Source: Bilabrum cf. latius
Taxonomy: Eukaryota
Length of the DNA stretch: 64,000 nt
Assembly: GCA_965178125.1 (NCBI GenBank)
Contig: OZ237749.1
Span: forward strand, 496,001-560,000
Direction of reading: 5' to 3'
This document shows positions 27,715-40,023 of the stretch, piece after piece. How positions within the stretch are numbered: the stretch's first letter is position 1; every line of letters starts with the position of its first letter. A model generated the notes under the pieces. It ran no database searches and was not told where the DNA came from. It saw nothing but the letters and a program-made list of their open reading frames with translations. A program made the translations under genes and the position numbers.

Positions 27715-28137
27715 ATGGCAAAACCATTGAGAGCCGTTCGCGCCACTAGTGCCACAGCAAGTGCAGATGAAGAGAAGAAGTGGGAGACATTTGAGCACAA
27801 GGGGTTCCAGATTTATCCGGCAGACGCCCCGAAAAGTCTCAAGCACGATCAGGCATATAGGGAGATGCAGAAGGCAGCCGTGCAATGGGGAGCAGTCACT
27901 GGCAGCATTGGCATTGCCTTGCACTTTCTAGGGATGAGGTACTCCAAGTTTTACGCCGGTCCCAGGCTCACACCAGCCATCCGCCTCTTCTTCGTTTCCT
28001 CGTCGGTCGCTCTGGGAGGATGGGCTGGGGCAGAGGATAAGCACATGAGATACGTCAGGACGCAGAGCCAGTACGATGCTGATCAGTTTGATAAGAAGGT
28101 GGTCGCGCACAACAAGCGCCCTGGGGACTGGGACTGA
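27715..28137 (+). CDS. Small hypothetical membrane protein
   Basis: ATG-initiated ORF with two hydrophobic segments; TGA stop. Confidence 0.5.
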   Translation: MAKPLRAVRATSATASADEEKKWETFEHKGFQIYPADAPKSLKHDQAYREMQKAAVQWGAVTGSIGIALHFLGMRYSKFYAGPRLTPAIRLFFVSSSVALGGWAGAEDKHMRYVRTQSQYDADQFDKKVVAHNKRPGDWD

Positions 28138-29000
28138 GCGGGCAGAGCGTGCGCGCCGATGCCTGTGCAGTGCATAGAATGTTGAATAGGAAAGAGCCAT
28201 TTTCTTCCTCGCTTGATCCCGGTCATGAAATTCGCATGCACACTATCCATCGTTTGCTTAGCGTTGGCTCCCGCCGCCCTAGCTAGCGCACCGCGGTCGC
28301 GCGAAACCCCTCCGCCCTCAGGCTGGCGTCTGCCTCCTGAAGTGGGCGAGCCCTGGTTCCTGGGTGCTGCCACACAGGGGCCAGTCCATCTCACACTTTG
28401 TCCGTGGCAGAGAGCCAGCAAGTTTTCTATATTTCGAACCAACGTTTGTGCCCCAGTGCACAGGCCGTGCAGCACCGCACTACTCGTCACATGGGACCGC
28501 GAGATATCCGGAGCCGGATAAAAAGCCTTTCGCCGCAGGAGCGCTCACAATTTCCCTTGTATACAGTGAGAAACTTGTACCAGATCTGACCGAGCCGAAT
28601 AAGTGTTATCATAAGGATGTTTAGTGGCTCTTGTGTCGGTGTAACAGTGAAAAGTCGCCTTGATTCGAGCAGAACTAGCCCTGTTGCACTCTTAAGATCG
28701 CTCGATCACTGGCCAGTCAACGCGTCGGCTTGCCGAGTATTCGGCTCGTTATTCTGATGAATTACCTGGCAGGCTGCTTCGTTGTTGACATTACATATTG
28801 TAGTGCTGGTTTACGCGACAATATTGGGTGCGGACGTTTTCTTTGGACGCTCGAAATGTCCCAGATTGCGTTCCTGATGGACTCGTGATTGCTGGGTGAT
28901 CTTTCGTATCTTTCACATTTTCCGTGACTCCGAGCCCGACACAACGGAGAATACTGTTGTTTTACATATTTGTAATGCAGGCCGGTACATTCCAGGAGCC

Positions 29001-32000
29001 ATGGCAACAGAAAAAACGAAAGCGTACCTGTTCGGCGGGCCCTCCGGCGCAGACGGCAACTCGTCCCAAAAGGCGCTGCTGGGAGGAAAAGGCGCGAACC
29101 TTGCTGAAATGGCACGTGTTGGTCTGCCTGTTCCGCCTGGATTCACCCTGCCGACGACTATCTGCCAGGTGATTGAGTCTGGAGATGATCTTCCCGACGA
29201 GGTCGTGGACGAGGTGAGCAAGAGGAAGGCGAAGGCCATCAGCACCACGCCTGCCCCATACATGCGCAACTAGCACGCTTTCTATTGAATTGAATCGTGG
29301 CACCTGTTAGTTTGTTTCGATCGCGGCAGCTTACACCCCTGGCAGAATCGCGGCACTGCTGCTGCTGCTGCCAGTGCTTCCAGCCATTGCTCGGTGCATC
29401 ATTCCACCATCCAGGCCTTCCCCACAATGAATAGATACCCTCGCTATTTTTCCCCGCAGCTGCGACGCGGGCTCAAGCACGTCGAGGAGACGTACGGGGC
29501 CAAGCTGGGCGAAGGCCTCACTCTGAGCGTCAGGTCCGGCGCGGCGCAATCCATGCCTGGGATGCTCGACACGATCCTGTGCCTGGGCCTTAACGACGAG
29601 AACGCGGAGGCGATGGCGAAGCGCTGGGGCGACGCTCGCTTCGCCTTTGACTGCTACCGCCGCCTCATCTCCATGTACGCGGACGTGGTGATGAGCTGCT
29701 CCCTCGAGCCCTTCGAGGAGGAGCTCACCAGGGCGAGGAGGACACGCGGGTGCGAGCACGACCACCAGCTGACCGCGGACGACATGCGCAAGGTGGCTGA
29801 CAACTTCAAGGCCATCTACAAGAGGGAGACCGGGGAGGATTTCCCCCAGGATCCTTGGACGCAGCTGGTTCGCGCGGTGACCGGCGTGTTCGGGTCCTGG
29901 AACAACGAGCGTGCCGTGGCCTACCGCCGCATCAACCACATCCACGGGCTGCTGGGCACGGCGTGCAACGTGATGGCCATGGTATACGGCAACAAAGATG
30001 ACAACAGCGGCACCGGCGTGCTGTTCACCCGCTCCCCCTCCAACGGGCAGAAGTGGGCCGGCAAGTGCGACGACGGCACGCCTGCCCTGTACGGCGAGTT
30101 CCTCGTGAACGCACAAGGTGAAGACGTCGTGAGCGGAGTGAGGACCCCCCTTGGGATGGATGACATGCACAGGAGGATGCCGGCTGTGTACAATGAGCTG
30201 GTGGAGAGTGTCAGGAGGCTAGAGGCCCACCAGGGAGACGCTCAGGACATCGAGTTCACGGTGGAGTCCGGCAAGCTGTACATTCTGCAGACAAGGGACG
30301 CAAAGAGGACGGGCCCTGCCGCCCTGCGCATCGCCTGTGACCTGGTGGAGGAAGGCATCGCCACGAAGAGACATGCCGTGCGCAAGCTGGTCTCCCCGGA
30401 ACACGTCAGCCAGCTGCTGCTGCCTCGGGTGGACCCCGTTGAGGTGAAGGCGTACCAGAAGGAGGACCAGGACTGGACCACTGCCGGCGAGCCCAAGTTC
30501 TCCGAAGGAGCGTCGCCCTCGGCCGCTCCCCCAAAGCCGTCTACTCGCCTGATCGGCAAGGGGCTTGCCGCATCGCCCGGAGGTGCCACTGGCAAGATTG
30601 TGTTCTCTGCTGCTGCAGCGGAGGCGGAGGCGAAAGCAGGTCGCGGCCCGGTGCTGCTGGTGCGCGTGGACACTTCGCCAGAGGACATCGGCGGCATGCA
30701 CGCCGCAGCAGGAGTGGTCACTGCCACGGGAGGCATGACAAGCCACGCTGCAGTGGTGGCCCGCGGCTGGGGCAAGCCCTGTGTGGCCGGTTGCGGCGAC
30801 CTCGCGATCTCTTACAGAGATGGTACCGTTACCTCACGCAGGACCGGGCAGGTGCTCCGTGGCGGCGACTGGCTGAGCATCAACGCATCCGAGGGCGACG
30901 TGGTTGTTGGCCGGGTCAAGCTCGTTGACCCCGCCAACATGGGCGTCAAAGAGGGAGGGGAAGGAGGCGACTCCAAGCCAGCGGCTGCGGCCAGCGGGAG
31001 CGGCTCGGACGGGGCCTCCGACGCCGTTGACGAAGACGCGGCGAGACTGGCTTCGCTCCTGTCGTGGGCAGACTCAGAGCTAGGCGAGTCTGAGAGCGAT
31101 GCTTTCGCCGTGCAGGCGAACGCCGACACGCCTGCCGATGCCATCCGGGCCATTCACCTGGGCGCCAGAGGTATTGGGCTGACCCGCACAGAGCACCAGT
31201 GGTTTGGCAGTGCCGCGAAGCTCATGGCAGTGCGTCGCATGATTCTGTCTTCTGATGAGGGAGACAGGCGACGGGCGCTGGACAAGATGAAGCCGTACCA
31301 GGAGGACGACTTCCGGGGCATCTATGAGGGCGTGCTGGGCGCAACTGGCGAGCGGCTGCAGACAGGCCTACTGCGTGCTCCTTCCTCTGGTACTATGGAG
31401 GTTCCCGTGACCGTCAGGCTGCTCGACCCGCCCCTCCACGAGTTCCTTCCCCAGCCCGGGTCCAGGCAGGCGGTGGCGGTGGCGGAGGATTTGGGCATCT
31501 CCGACGACGAGCTGAGCAGGGCTGTGCGCAGGCTACACGAGTCCAACCCCATGCTGGGCCACAGGGGCTGCAGGCTCGGCATCACCAAGCCCGACGTCAC
31601 CGCAATGCAGGCTGCCGCCATCACTCGCGCGGCGCTTGAGAGCGTCACAAACATCGCGCAGAAGGCAAGAGAGGAGGGGTGGAAGCACGTGCCCACGCTC
31701 GCTGCTCAGATCATGGTGCCGCTGGTGTCGTGCGAGAAGGAGCTGTCGGACCAGCGTCAGGTGGTGGTGGATGCCGTCCGCGGCGAGGTGCTGCGGTGGC
31801 ACAGAGAAAAGGAGGCAGAGGACGAGGCATCCTCGAGCGCAGGGGGCACTGCCGAGAGCAAGACAGCCGAGTCGGCGAGTGCCTCTTCGGGCGTGAGCCG
31901 AAAGTACTCGGGTCCCACAGGTCCAGGCGTGGCGACGCTTGAGGGGCTGGCGCTTCCCGGCGGCCTCGTGATCAGGGTTGGTACCATGATCGAAACGCCG

Positions 32001-32420
32001 CGCGCAGCTCTGCTCGCCGGCCGACTTGCGGAGCAATCCGATTTCTTCAGCTACGGGACCAACGACCTGCACCAGATGACCTACGGGTTCTCTCGCGATG
32101 ATGCGGGCACGTTCATTCCGGCCTACATCGACAAAGGAATCCTGCAGGACGACCCGTTCCAGACCGTGGACCAGGAGGGTGTGGGCATCCTTATGGACAT
32201 GTCCGTCAAGAGCGGCCGGGAGACGGCCAAGGGCAGGCACTTCTCCGTGGGTGTTTGCGGCGAGCACGGCGGGGATGCTCGGTCCATCGAGTTCTTCGTG
32301 CGCAAGCTCAAGATCGACTACGTGTCGTGCTCGCCCATGCGCGTGCCGGCGGCGCTGCTGGCTGCTGCTGCGGCGCGCATCAGGGAGCAGGATGAATAGG
32401 CTGCCAGCAAGAAATCATGA
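29001..32420 (+). CDS. ppdK: Pyruvate, phosphate dikinase, 2 exons (29001-29213, 29460-32420)
   Basis: LLGGKGANLAEM..PVPPGFT, SVRSGA..SMPGMLDT, GGMTSHAAVVARG, NPMLGHRGCRLG, GTNDL, CGEHGGD. TAG at 32397 is followed by TGA at 32418-32420. Confidence 0.95.
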
Positions 32421-32725
32421 GACAAAGTTGGCCAGCGCAGGGAGCGGGACCAACTTGGCCATCCGTTTGGATCGGTGGAACTGATGCTCCTCTGGTGCGG
32501 GGGTGACCTCTTCGTGGGTAGAGTCTAGTCCGTCCACTACTTAGCACCTAGGTGCTAAGTTTTGCTTGATTGCACCTCGCCCAACTCGTGGATACTGACA
32601 GGAGCGGGGTCTGGTTGCGTCAATGTTGCTACGTAAAGTGATTTGAAAGTTGATTCTTGTTTTCAATTGTGACCTTCACTTACGCACCAAACGTCAAAAC
32701 AGGATCCGCAATGTCACATCCTGGA

Positions 32726-35700
32726 TCACCACACGCTCTCATCGCTTAGGCCAGATACCGCCAGCCAGGCATCCCAAATGCGTGGCCAGTACTTGCTGAT
32801 CATTCCAGGGGACAAACGTCCAGCAAGTCCTTCCGCAAAACAGAAACAGAGGCAGCCACAGCATAGATCTGCCCACTTGTCCATTGCCTCGTCGGAGACC
32901 TGCAGCCAGCTTTGGATGTCGGCCAGTCGCACCAGCATGTTGGACACGGCAGATGCCTTGATGGCTTCCAGGGCGCAGTCGAAGTCCTGCACATCAGACG
33001 GAGGCCCATCGCTCGCCGCCTCCTTTGCTGCCTTACGCCCACTCTTCCCCTTTCCTTTCCCCCTACCCTTCCCGCCCCGTGCAGCCCATACCCCCTCAGC
33101 AGCATCTGCCTCGCGGTCTCCGTCCGTGCTCGTTGCACCTTTCGCTGGCTGCAGAGGACGCACAGCCTCCAAGACAGCCCCTACACTAGCTCCAGCCACC
33201 TTCAGCTTGCTTCCATTCCATCTTGATCGCAGAAATGCGAGAGCAACATCAGCGCGCTCCTCATTGGACTTTGGGCCTATCCCTAGTGGTCGGCCTGCCC
33301 GTCCGCTTGATGCCGCTGCTGCCCCGGCCCCAGTAGCTTGCTCTGCCAGCATGGCCTCCTTGATCCAATCGGTTGCTGCGCCGCCGTACACCGAGCCGGT
33401 CGCGATGGATACTAGCAGCGCACCGTTGGATCGCAGCTGCTCGGCTGCGTCAGTGGCCCTTTCAGCCGCCGCTGAGCCCGCTGCGGAGCTGGCTGGTCCA
33501 CCGGACCCGGGCAGGTCTAGTAGGGTGCGCAGCCTAGCATCCAACTCGTGCAGCCGTTCGAGTTTTCCCCAACCAGCTTCAGCCCGCTCCCATTTGCCCC
33601 ACTGCCGCAGCCGACGCATGACCGCTGACCTCGCCAGAGCGCCGCACTTGTCTGAGCTGATCCCTCGGGCCAAAACGGAGCCAACCCTGACCTTGCCCCG
33701 CAGCACCGTTTCCCGACCGGCTTCTTGCCCTCCCGCTGATTGCTGCGACTCGAAGGCCTCCTGAACGATCCTGAGATACTCATCCATCCTAGGGTCTGAC
33801 CTGCTGGCTGCTGCTACTATCTCTGCGGCAGCACCGCCGACAGCTTCTTCCGTGGATTGTGCGCATTCTTTGCTCCCTGCTGCAGCACCTGCGCCACCTC
33901 TGGCAGCGGCGGCAGGACCGCGCGCCTTTGCGCGGTGCAAATCATCAAGTAGCTTGTTCGTTGCGGACGATTTCAAAGTACCAGCCAGTTGAGACAGGAG
34001 CCCGCGCGCCTTCTCCCTGCACGCTCGTACTACGACGTACCAAACCGACTTGAGCTTCTGCAAGCCGATCACCCTTAAGTGCCCTGGCATCGACAGTTTC
34101 TATTCAGCCAATGCGACGAGCTTCAGGCCAGCCGGATCTTTGGCAGCGTCACCAGCAACCGAGGATGCGGAGGGGTCTGCACCTTGAGCTGCTGCTGCTG
34201 CTGCTGCTGCTGGATCGCCTGCAGATGGCGCTAAGAAGTACAGGACGCGCCCCTCGAGCCCGTCCATCTACCTGGTCTCCTTGACCACCTTTGCCACGTC
34301 GCCGATCGGAATCACGTCGCAGCCTACATGCTTTAGTCCAAAGGTGGACGACACGGATGAGGCAACCGCAGGGCTTACGCCACGCTCCAAACCCTTGATC
34401 ATGAATGGGGAATTAGGATCACCATCTACCGTCGGAACCATGGTGATCACGCAGAGAACGGATGGTGATCCGGCGGGAAAGCGCTCCACATGCAGTGACG
34501 TGGGCTGCAGGAACTCTAAGCAGACGGTGAGTCTGAGCTCCATGAGCATCCACAGGAATTGCTCCCGCCTCGTCGGAAACTCTGGCTCTTTGGGTCCCGA
34601 GCCCGGAATGACTGGAAGGAGATTTCCCGCGACAGGAGGCATCGATGAGAGCACTTCGAGGTGCGCTAGCCACTTGTGGGCCAGCGGGGCGGCCACCATG
34701 GTCCTGGACGACGTCTCTGCTTCCGCCGCTAGCAAGTCGTCTTCGTCGCGGAAGGCTATGTGAACGTTCTTGGACCCCGCAATGAGGATGCACCGGTTGA
34801 CGCTGTCCAAGACCTGATCGTTGGTAGGACTCGGTGGCAAGGGGTGCTCTGGATGCCTCATCACGGCGAAGTGGCCTGCCTCCCCGTTGGCCTTGCCGGT
34901 CAGCAGCACGGACTCGGCTGTCTCCACTGGGGCGGAGAAATACTTTGCCCAAGCTGGCTACTCCTTTTCAGTGCTAGACGCACCTGCAGCTCCTGCTGCT
35001 ACCTAGCTCTCCTTCTTCTCCTCCTCGGCGACACCAGCACCAGCGCCAGCACCAGCACCAGCGCCAGCGCCAGCGCCAGCGCCAGCACCTGCGTCCTTCT
35101 TGAGAGAGGAACCATCGTGTGGCAGCGTGTCATCATCGTCTCCCACCCCGCCCGTGAACTTCTTCATGCCGCTGACTGCAACTCGGAGCCACAATCTATC
35201 GCCGACCCTTTTCTCGGGGTGCACCGTACAGGTATTCCCGACTTTCTTGGGGACCATCGCGGGCTGGGGCTCTGCGTGACCGGCACTATGACCTCGCTTG
35301 CGCCCTTTGCCGCCAGATCTGCCCGGGCCACTCCCGGCTTTGGCGCGCACCATGCGGGTGACTTGGACGATCTCGGGTGCGAGCAGTGATGCAGCGATAG
35401 CCTTGCTAGCGTCTGGGGTCTTCGGGATGCGGACTAGAAGCTTAGCGCCATCAGAGCTACCATCAGTAGGATAGCACCACGACCAAGGGTGCTTCTACCC
35501 TGGCATATCCTGCCACCGCGATGGATCGGTTCTTTTTGATGATGAGATCCGTACTAACTACAGGTCATCGAAAGGCAGCCTACAGATTTCCCTAGAGCAA
35601 AAATCGGAAAGAGTGGCAACTGGCATTGTGCGGGCCTCCAGAATAGTAAGGCCTCGTGGCACCCTGTCCCTTAACTCCTTCGAGCTCGCGTACAGCTTGT

Positions 35701-35971
35701 CGTCCGGCTCTCGCGTGGCCCCATACACTTTGGCGTCATGAACCAGCACAATCTTAACCGTATTATCATCAAGCAGCTGAATTGGCATGCTTGAGACCGT
35801 AGAAACAATCTTCACATTGGTATTGGTGGCCAAGAACTCTAGGAGAGCACTAGCTGATTCTCCAGCGTGCTTGTCTGCTTGAGCGTGAGAAAGCAGTCTG
35901 CATGCCTCAAGCTCGCATTCTACAAGGGATTGCAAGGAAGTATCAATACCCCTCGTGAGAGAAATCGCCAT
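32726..35971 (-). CDS. RNA-ligase-like (covalent nucleotidyltransferase fold) protein, about 1081 aa with TAG=Gln
   Basis: Four ORF fragments in one frame. Motif I-like GKANGEAGH, GSKNVH, motif III-like CLEF, motif IV-like LEGRVLYF, motif V-like QKLKS. Confidence 0.55.
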
Positions 35972-36643
35972 GCCCGCACCACCACGTGCACTTCTGCTGC
36001 ACAGTTCTCGCCGCCGAGGATCTCGCGGAAGCCGAACCCGGAACAACGACTTTCCACAGTTCTGTACGGTGCCTGGCCTGGTTGATAACGAATTATATAT
36101 AAAGACGGGGAAACAAAGTACGTCTCTATAGCTCTGCTCACAACTGAGCTGAGCATCAACGGCCGTAGTTCCGTTTAGAACCCTCTATCTTCGCGAACCT
36201 TCGCTTCGAATTACCAAGCCTAACTTGAAGTCTGCACCGCACTCCCCCAGAGTAGTGGAGGACGTGAGGATCGCCATTCGCTCACACAGTGGTGCACACA
36301 CAGCAGGACCCGTCTGGTAGTGCAACAGAGGCATCACTGAAGCCGTCTTCCAACAGAGGGTATGCGCCACCGGCAGGCTGTACGTGCCCTGCATCAAAGC
36401 GCGCCCCATCGCCCAGCTGCGAGTCAAACAGACAATAGAGGGGTAGCACGACCTCGAGAAGGGAAAAACCACAACTGCCCGATATGCGCGTAATTGGCAA
36501 CCACTGGCGGCCCGCATGGGTCCGGGCAGGGTCAGATGTTCGCTCTCGAACGTTCAGCCGATACTCAGGCCATGTACCGATGACACTTTCAGGACTTGCA
36601 TCCCCCGCGAGAACAACATGCACTGCTCCCCATCCCATCAACC

Positions 36644-37382
36644 TCACGAGCAACGCGCGCTCATCCAAACACCGCAAGGTGCCTGCTGCTTTGTAACGTG
36701 CCCGCCGCTGCCGCTCCAGCAGCCCCCACCGCCCCTGCTGCCACAGCCATACCCACCTGCCCGTGCTCCCCGCCGCCCAAGTCCCCTGGTGCCCCCCCCT
36801 ACCACTGGCACCGAGCTCACCATTCCCCCCTTCCTCTCAGAACCCCCACTCTTCGCCATGCCATCCACCATCCACACTGCCCGCTTCATCGTCCTCCAGA
36901 TGCTGCCCCTCGCCACGTACAGCCCCGCTCCAATCACCACCAGGCTGGACAGGAACATCACACCCGTCGCGCTGCACGCCGTGGCCTCGCCCGAGTTGGG
37001 GGCGTGCAGGAAGAGACCCACCTCGAAGGTCAGGAAAACGCCCACCAGTGCCACCAGCTCCAGCCGGTTTCGGTTCAGAGCAGCCGCCTTGTGCGGCTAC
37101 TGCCACGTGTGCACCACCCTGGCGGCAAAGATGACGGCCGGCGCCGAGTACATCTGCACTCTCACCCCCCACGGCTGCACCAGCACCGTGATGGCCACCA
37201 CCGCCAGCTTGCGAACCATCACCACCACCTCCCAGTATCCATCCCTGTGGAAGCCCTGCATCAGGAAGCCCAGCGTGGTCAGCACCTCTGAACTGTCCAG
37301 CCGGTCCCCCCCCTCCACAGCTGCACCCCGGTTACCAATTGCAGCGCACGTTTGGGACCTTCTAGACCACCACACCTGTACA
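36644..37382 (-). pseudogene. 3' fragment of a host multi-pass membrane protein gene, 5' part cut off at the virophage junction
   Basis: LGFLMQGFHRDGYWEVVVMVRKL..HTWQ*P..NRLEL pattern of protist multi-TM proteins. The frame runs into the virophage terminal repeat with no native start. Confidence 0.6.
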
Positions 37383-37392
37383 GGGGGGGGGG

Positions 37393-38040
37393 TCAATGGG
37401 GGTGTGTGGGACACCCGCAGTATAGAGGAGACGCTTCGCGCCTCTCTACTCCTCTAAGAACTTTGTAGAGGGTCCCATAGTCTATGTCTCATAAAACAGA
37501 CTACTTTATATCCCTACAAAGTAGGGGAATTTAAAGTTTAACTATTATATTATCTCCTATTATCTCTATACAGCAAACACAGAGAAGTTTTTATAAAAGT
37601 GTCAGAAGAAATTTGAAGAATCCAACGGCCTCCCAAAAACATCGCTGTGTTTGCTGTTAGAGGGAGACGGGAGCCGAAGGAACGAATTTTGCTCTGCAAA
37701 GTAGGAAAAACCAAATCAATGGGGGTGTGTGGGACACCCGCAGTATAGAGGAGACGCTTCGCGCCTCTCTACTCCTATAAGAGCTTTGTAGAGGGTCCCA
37801 TAGTCTATGTCTTATAAAACAGACTACTTTATATCCCTACAAAGTAGGGGAATTTAAAGTTTAACTTTTATATTATCTCCTATTATCTCTATACAGCAAA
37901 CACAGAGAAGTTTTTATAAAAGTGTCAGAAGAAATTTGAAGAATCCAACGGCCTTCCAAAAACATCGCTGTGTTTGCTGTTCGAGGGAGACGGGAGCCGA
38001 AGGAACGAATTTTTCCCTACAAAGTAGGCAAAAACCAAAT
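37393..38040. repeat. Tandem duplication of a about 323-bp terminal unit (37393-37715, 37716-38040)
   Basis: Both units begin TCAATGGGGGTGTGTGGGACACC and end AAAACCAAA, with few substitutions. Confidence 0.95.
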
Positions 38041-38147
38041 TATGAGTCAATACATCGGTCTGCATCAAGAGGGTCAAAAGGAGAGCGAAAGAACGTTTGG
38101 TCTTTCTCAACACGGGTTGTCGGAAGGAAGCGAAGGAAACTCCAAGG
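37923..38147 (+). repeat. Left terminal inverted repeat (part shared with right end)
   Basis: TGTCAGAAGAAATTTG...AAACTCCAAGG is the near-exact reverse complement of 60438-60662. Confidence 0.95.
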
Positions 38148-38160
38148 GTATATAGTAAGA

Positions 38161-38355
38161 ATGGAAATAAAGTTTATAAGCGATTCACTCTCTAAATCAC
38201 CCAAGGAGGCTGACACGTTTCCCAACAAGAACACGAAACGATTCTATCGCGCACTTATGACTGATTCTCTTATCAAAAAAATCAATCCTGCAATTTGGAA
38301 CAAACTCAAGATTAAATTGGAAACGTTTAGGGGGAACGAACAAGGAACGTAGTAA
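38161..38355 (+). CDS. Small virophage hypothetical protein (64 aa)
   Basis: ATG preceded by TATATAGTAAGA; ends TAG-TAA. Confidence 0.5.
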
Positions 38356-38361
38356 AACCAA

Positions 38362-39558
38362 TTAATCGTAAGCAAACATTTTCCAAGCCATTCCCAAGGC
38401 TTTCTTGTTGCTTATCCCTTGCCCCCGGAGAATAGACGCCATTTTCATCACCTTTGAACGCTTTCCCGAAGACTTCCCATTTCCAAACATTTCCACCCAC
38501 GCCCCACTGACAGGGTCATCAACCACGGAATTAATTCCCTTCATCATAGGCACTCCCACGGTCTTTGTAGCCAAATCCCAACCCTCCTTGAAATCTTTCC
38601 CAAAGTCCCTTTCTGTGTTCTACTTGCGCTTGGACTGATTTTCCCTCAAAGCGTCCCTTATTGCAGGCGGTAGGCTGTCTATCTTATTTTTTTGGTCAAG
38701 CTTTTTCCCAGAAAGCTCACCTTTTCCGAATAGTTTGGAAGTCCAACCAGCTAAATCTGTAGCGACATTGGCGATTCCCTTGAACGCAGGGCTCATCTAT
38801 TTTGCGATTTCAGCGACGGGCTACATAATGAAAGACTCTAAGGAAGACGTTAATAGCTTATTCACTTTTAGTATATCTCGGATAAACCTCTAGCAGTTCA
38901 AATCAAACGCTCTGTATTGGTAAAAATTGTATTCCCCTATGCTTTCCAGGGTGTTTCCCAACAGTTCGTTTGCGGTTACAACACGCCCTCTCAAATCCAC
39001 GTCCATCGTTTGACTGCGTTTATCCTTCTTATAGGTAAACCCAACATTAACCCTTTCATTTTTCTCAATTACTAGGGGTTTTCCAGAGCCAATATTGGCG
39101 ACAAGGTAGAGATGGAAATAGTCGCTGAATTTGTATTTCTTCTTCATCCGTTTCATCTTCCCTAAACTCAGGACATTTAACAAGCGGTTCAAACCAGACG
39201 ACAAAGGGGTTCTCACAATCTTCAGGGAGAAAATCTAACGATTTCCATACTTTTCCAAGGTTTTCCGAGTCGCGTTCGTGTGTCCCACGACGAGTCCGCC
39301 ACACATACAACCACCCCTTTGAGTCATATATGAGTCCAATGTATTGGATTGTATTTCTTTTTGTTTCCTAGGCCTTCCCCGCTTAGATTTCTTAATATCC
39401 AAAGATTTCTAGATGCTTTCCAGCATTTCCTTGGAGTATGGGTGTTTTCCCTTCCACGCCACCTAGGTTGCCTCGTTAGGTTTTCTCACGGAAAGCATTG
39501 TTTTGATAAATCCAGTGTCTTGTTTGCCTCCAGAAAGCTCGTAGAATGACTCCGCCAT
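38362..39558 (-). CDS. Conserved virophage protein, Sputnik V21-like (398 aa)
   Basis: RTPLS..LNVLSLG, YFHLYL, IEKNERVNV, YRAFDLNC*RFI (NCQ). One frame across TAGs; TAA stop. Confidence 0.65.
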
Positions 39559-39627
39559 ATTTAGTATAGATTTCCATACTTTTCCAACCTCGGGATTTAA
39601 GTATATTTTAGCAGTCTATAGTATAGA

Positions 39628-39903
39628 ATGGTATTTGAGAGAGAATTGGAAGGATTCACATTTGTTGCCCCCTCTAAATAGAAAGGGAAGAAGTATGATG
39701 TGTATGACGAAAATGGTAAGTATATTACCAGCTTCGGAAGTAATTCCCACGAGCAGTATTTTGACCGCATCGGGTATTATTCCCATTTAGACCACAAGGA
39801 CGACGACCGAATGCGACGGTTTCACCTTAGATTTAAAACCCATAGCAATCCACCGAAGCCTAGAAGCCCCCTATTCTTTAGTTCTTTCTACCTTTGGATT
39901 TAA
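39628..39903 (+). CDS. Tlr6F-like small protein found in virophages, Polinton-like viruses and NCLDVs (91 aa)
   Basis: KKYDV..YITSFG..HKDDDRMRRFHLR..SPLFFSSFYLW; one TAG; promoter motif directly upstream. Confidence 0.65.
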
Positions 39904-40023
39904 ATGCTTTCCCCTCGGTTTCCCCTCGGTTCTCGCACTGCGTGCTCCGCTTCCGACGATTTCCCATCAGTGTAGGAAAAGGGATATATGATTTCCCATT
40001 GAATAACTCTTCGTCTAAACTGC

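Noticed and set aside
36050-36640. Short ORFs between the ligase-like gene and the TM fragment
   Set aside because: No recognisable motifs; cannot be supported as genes.
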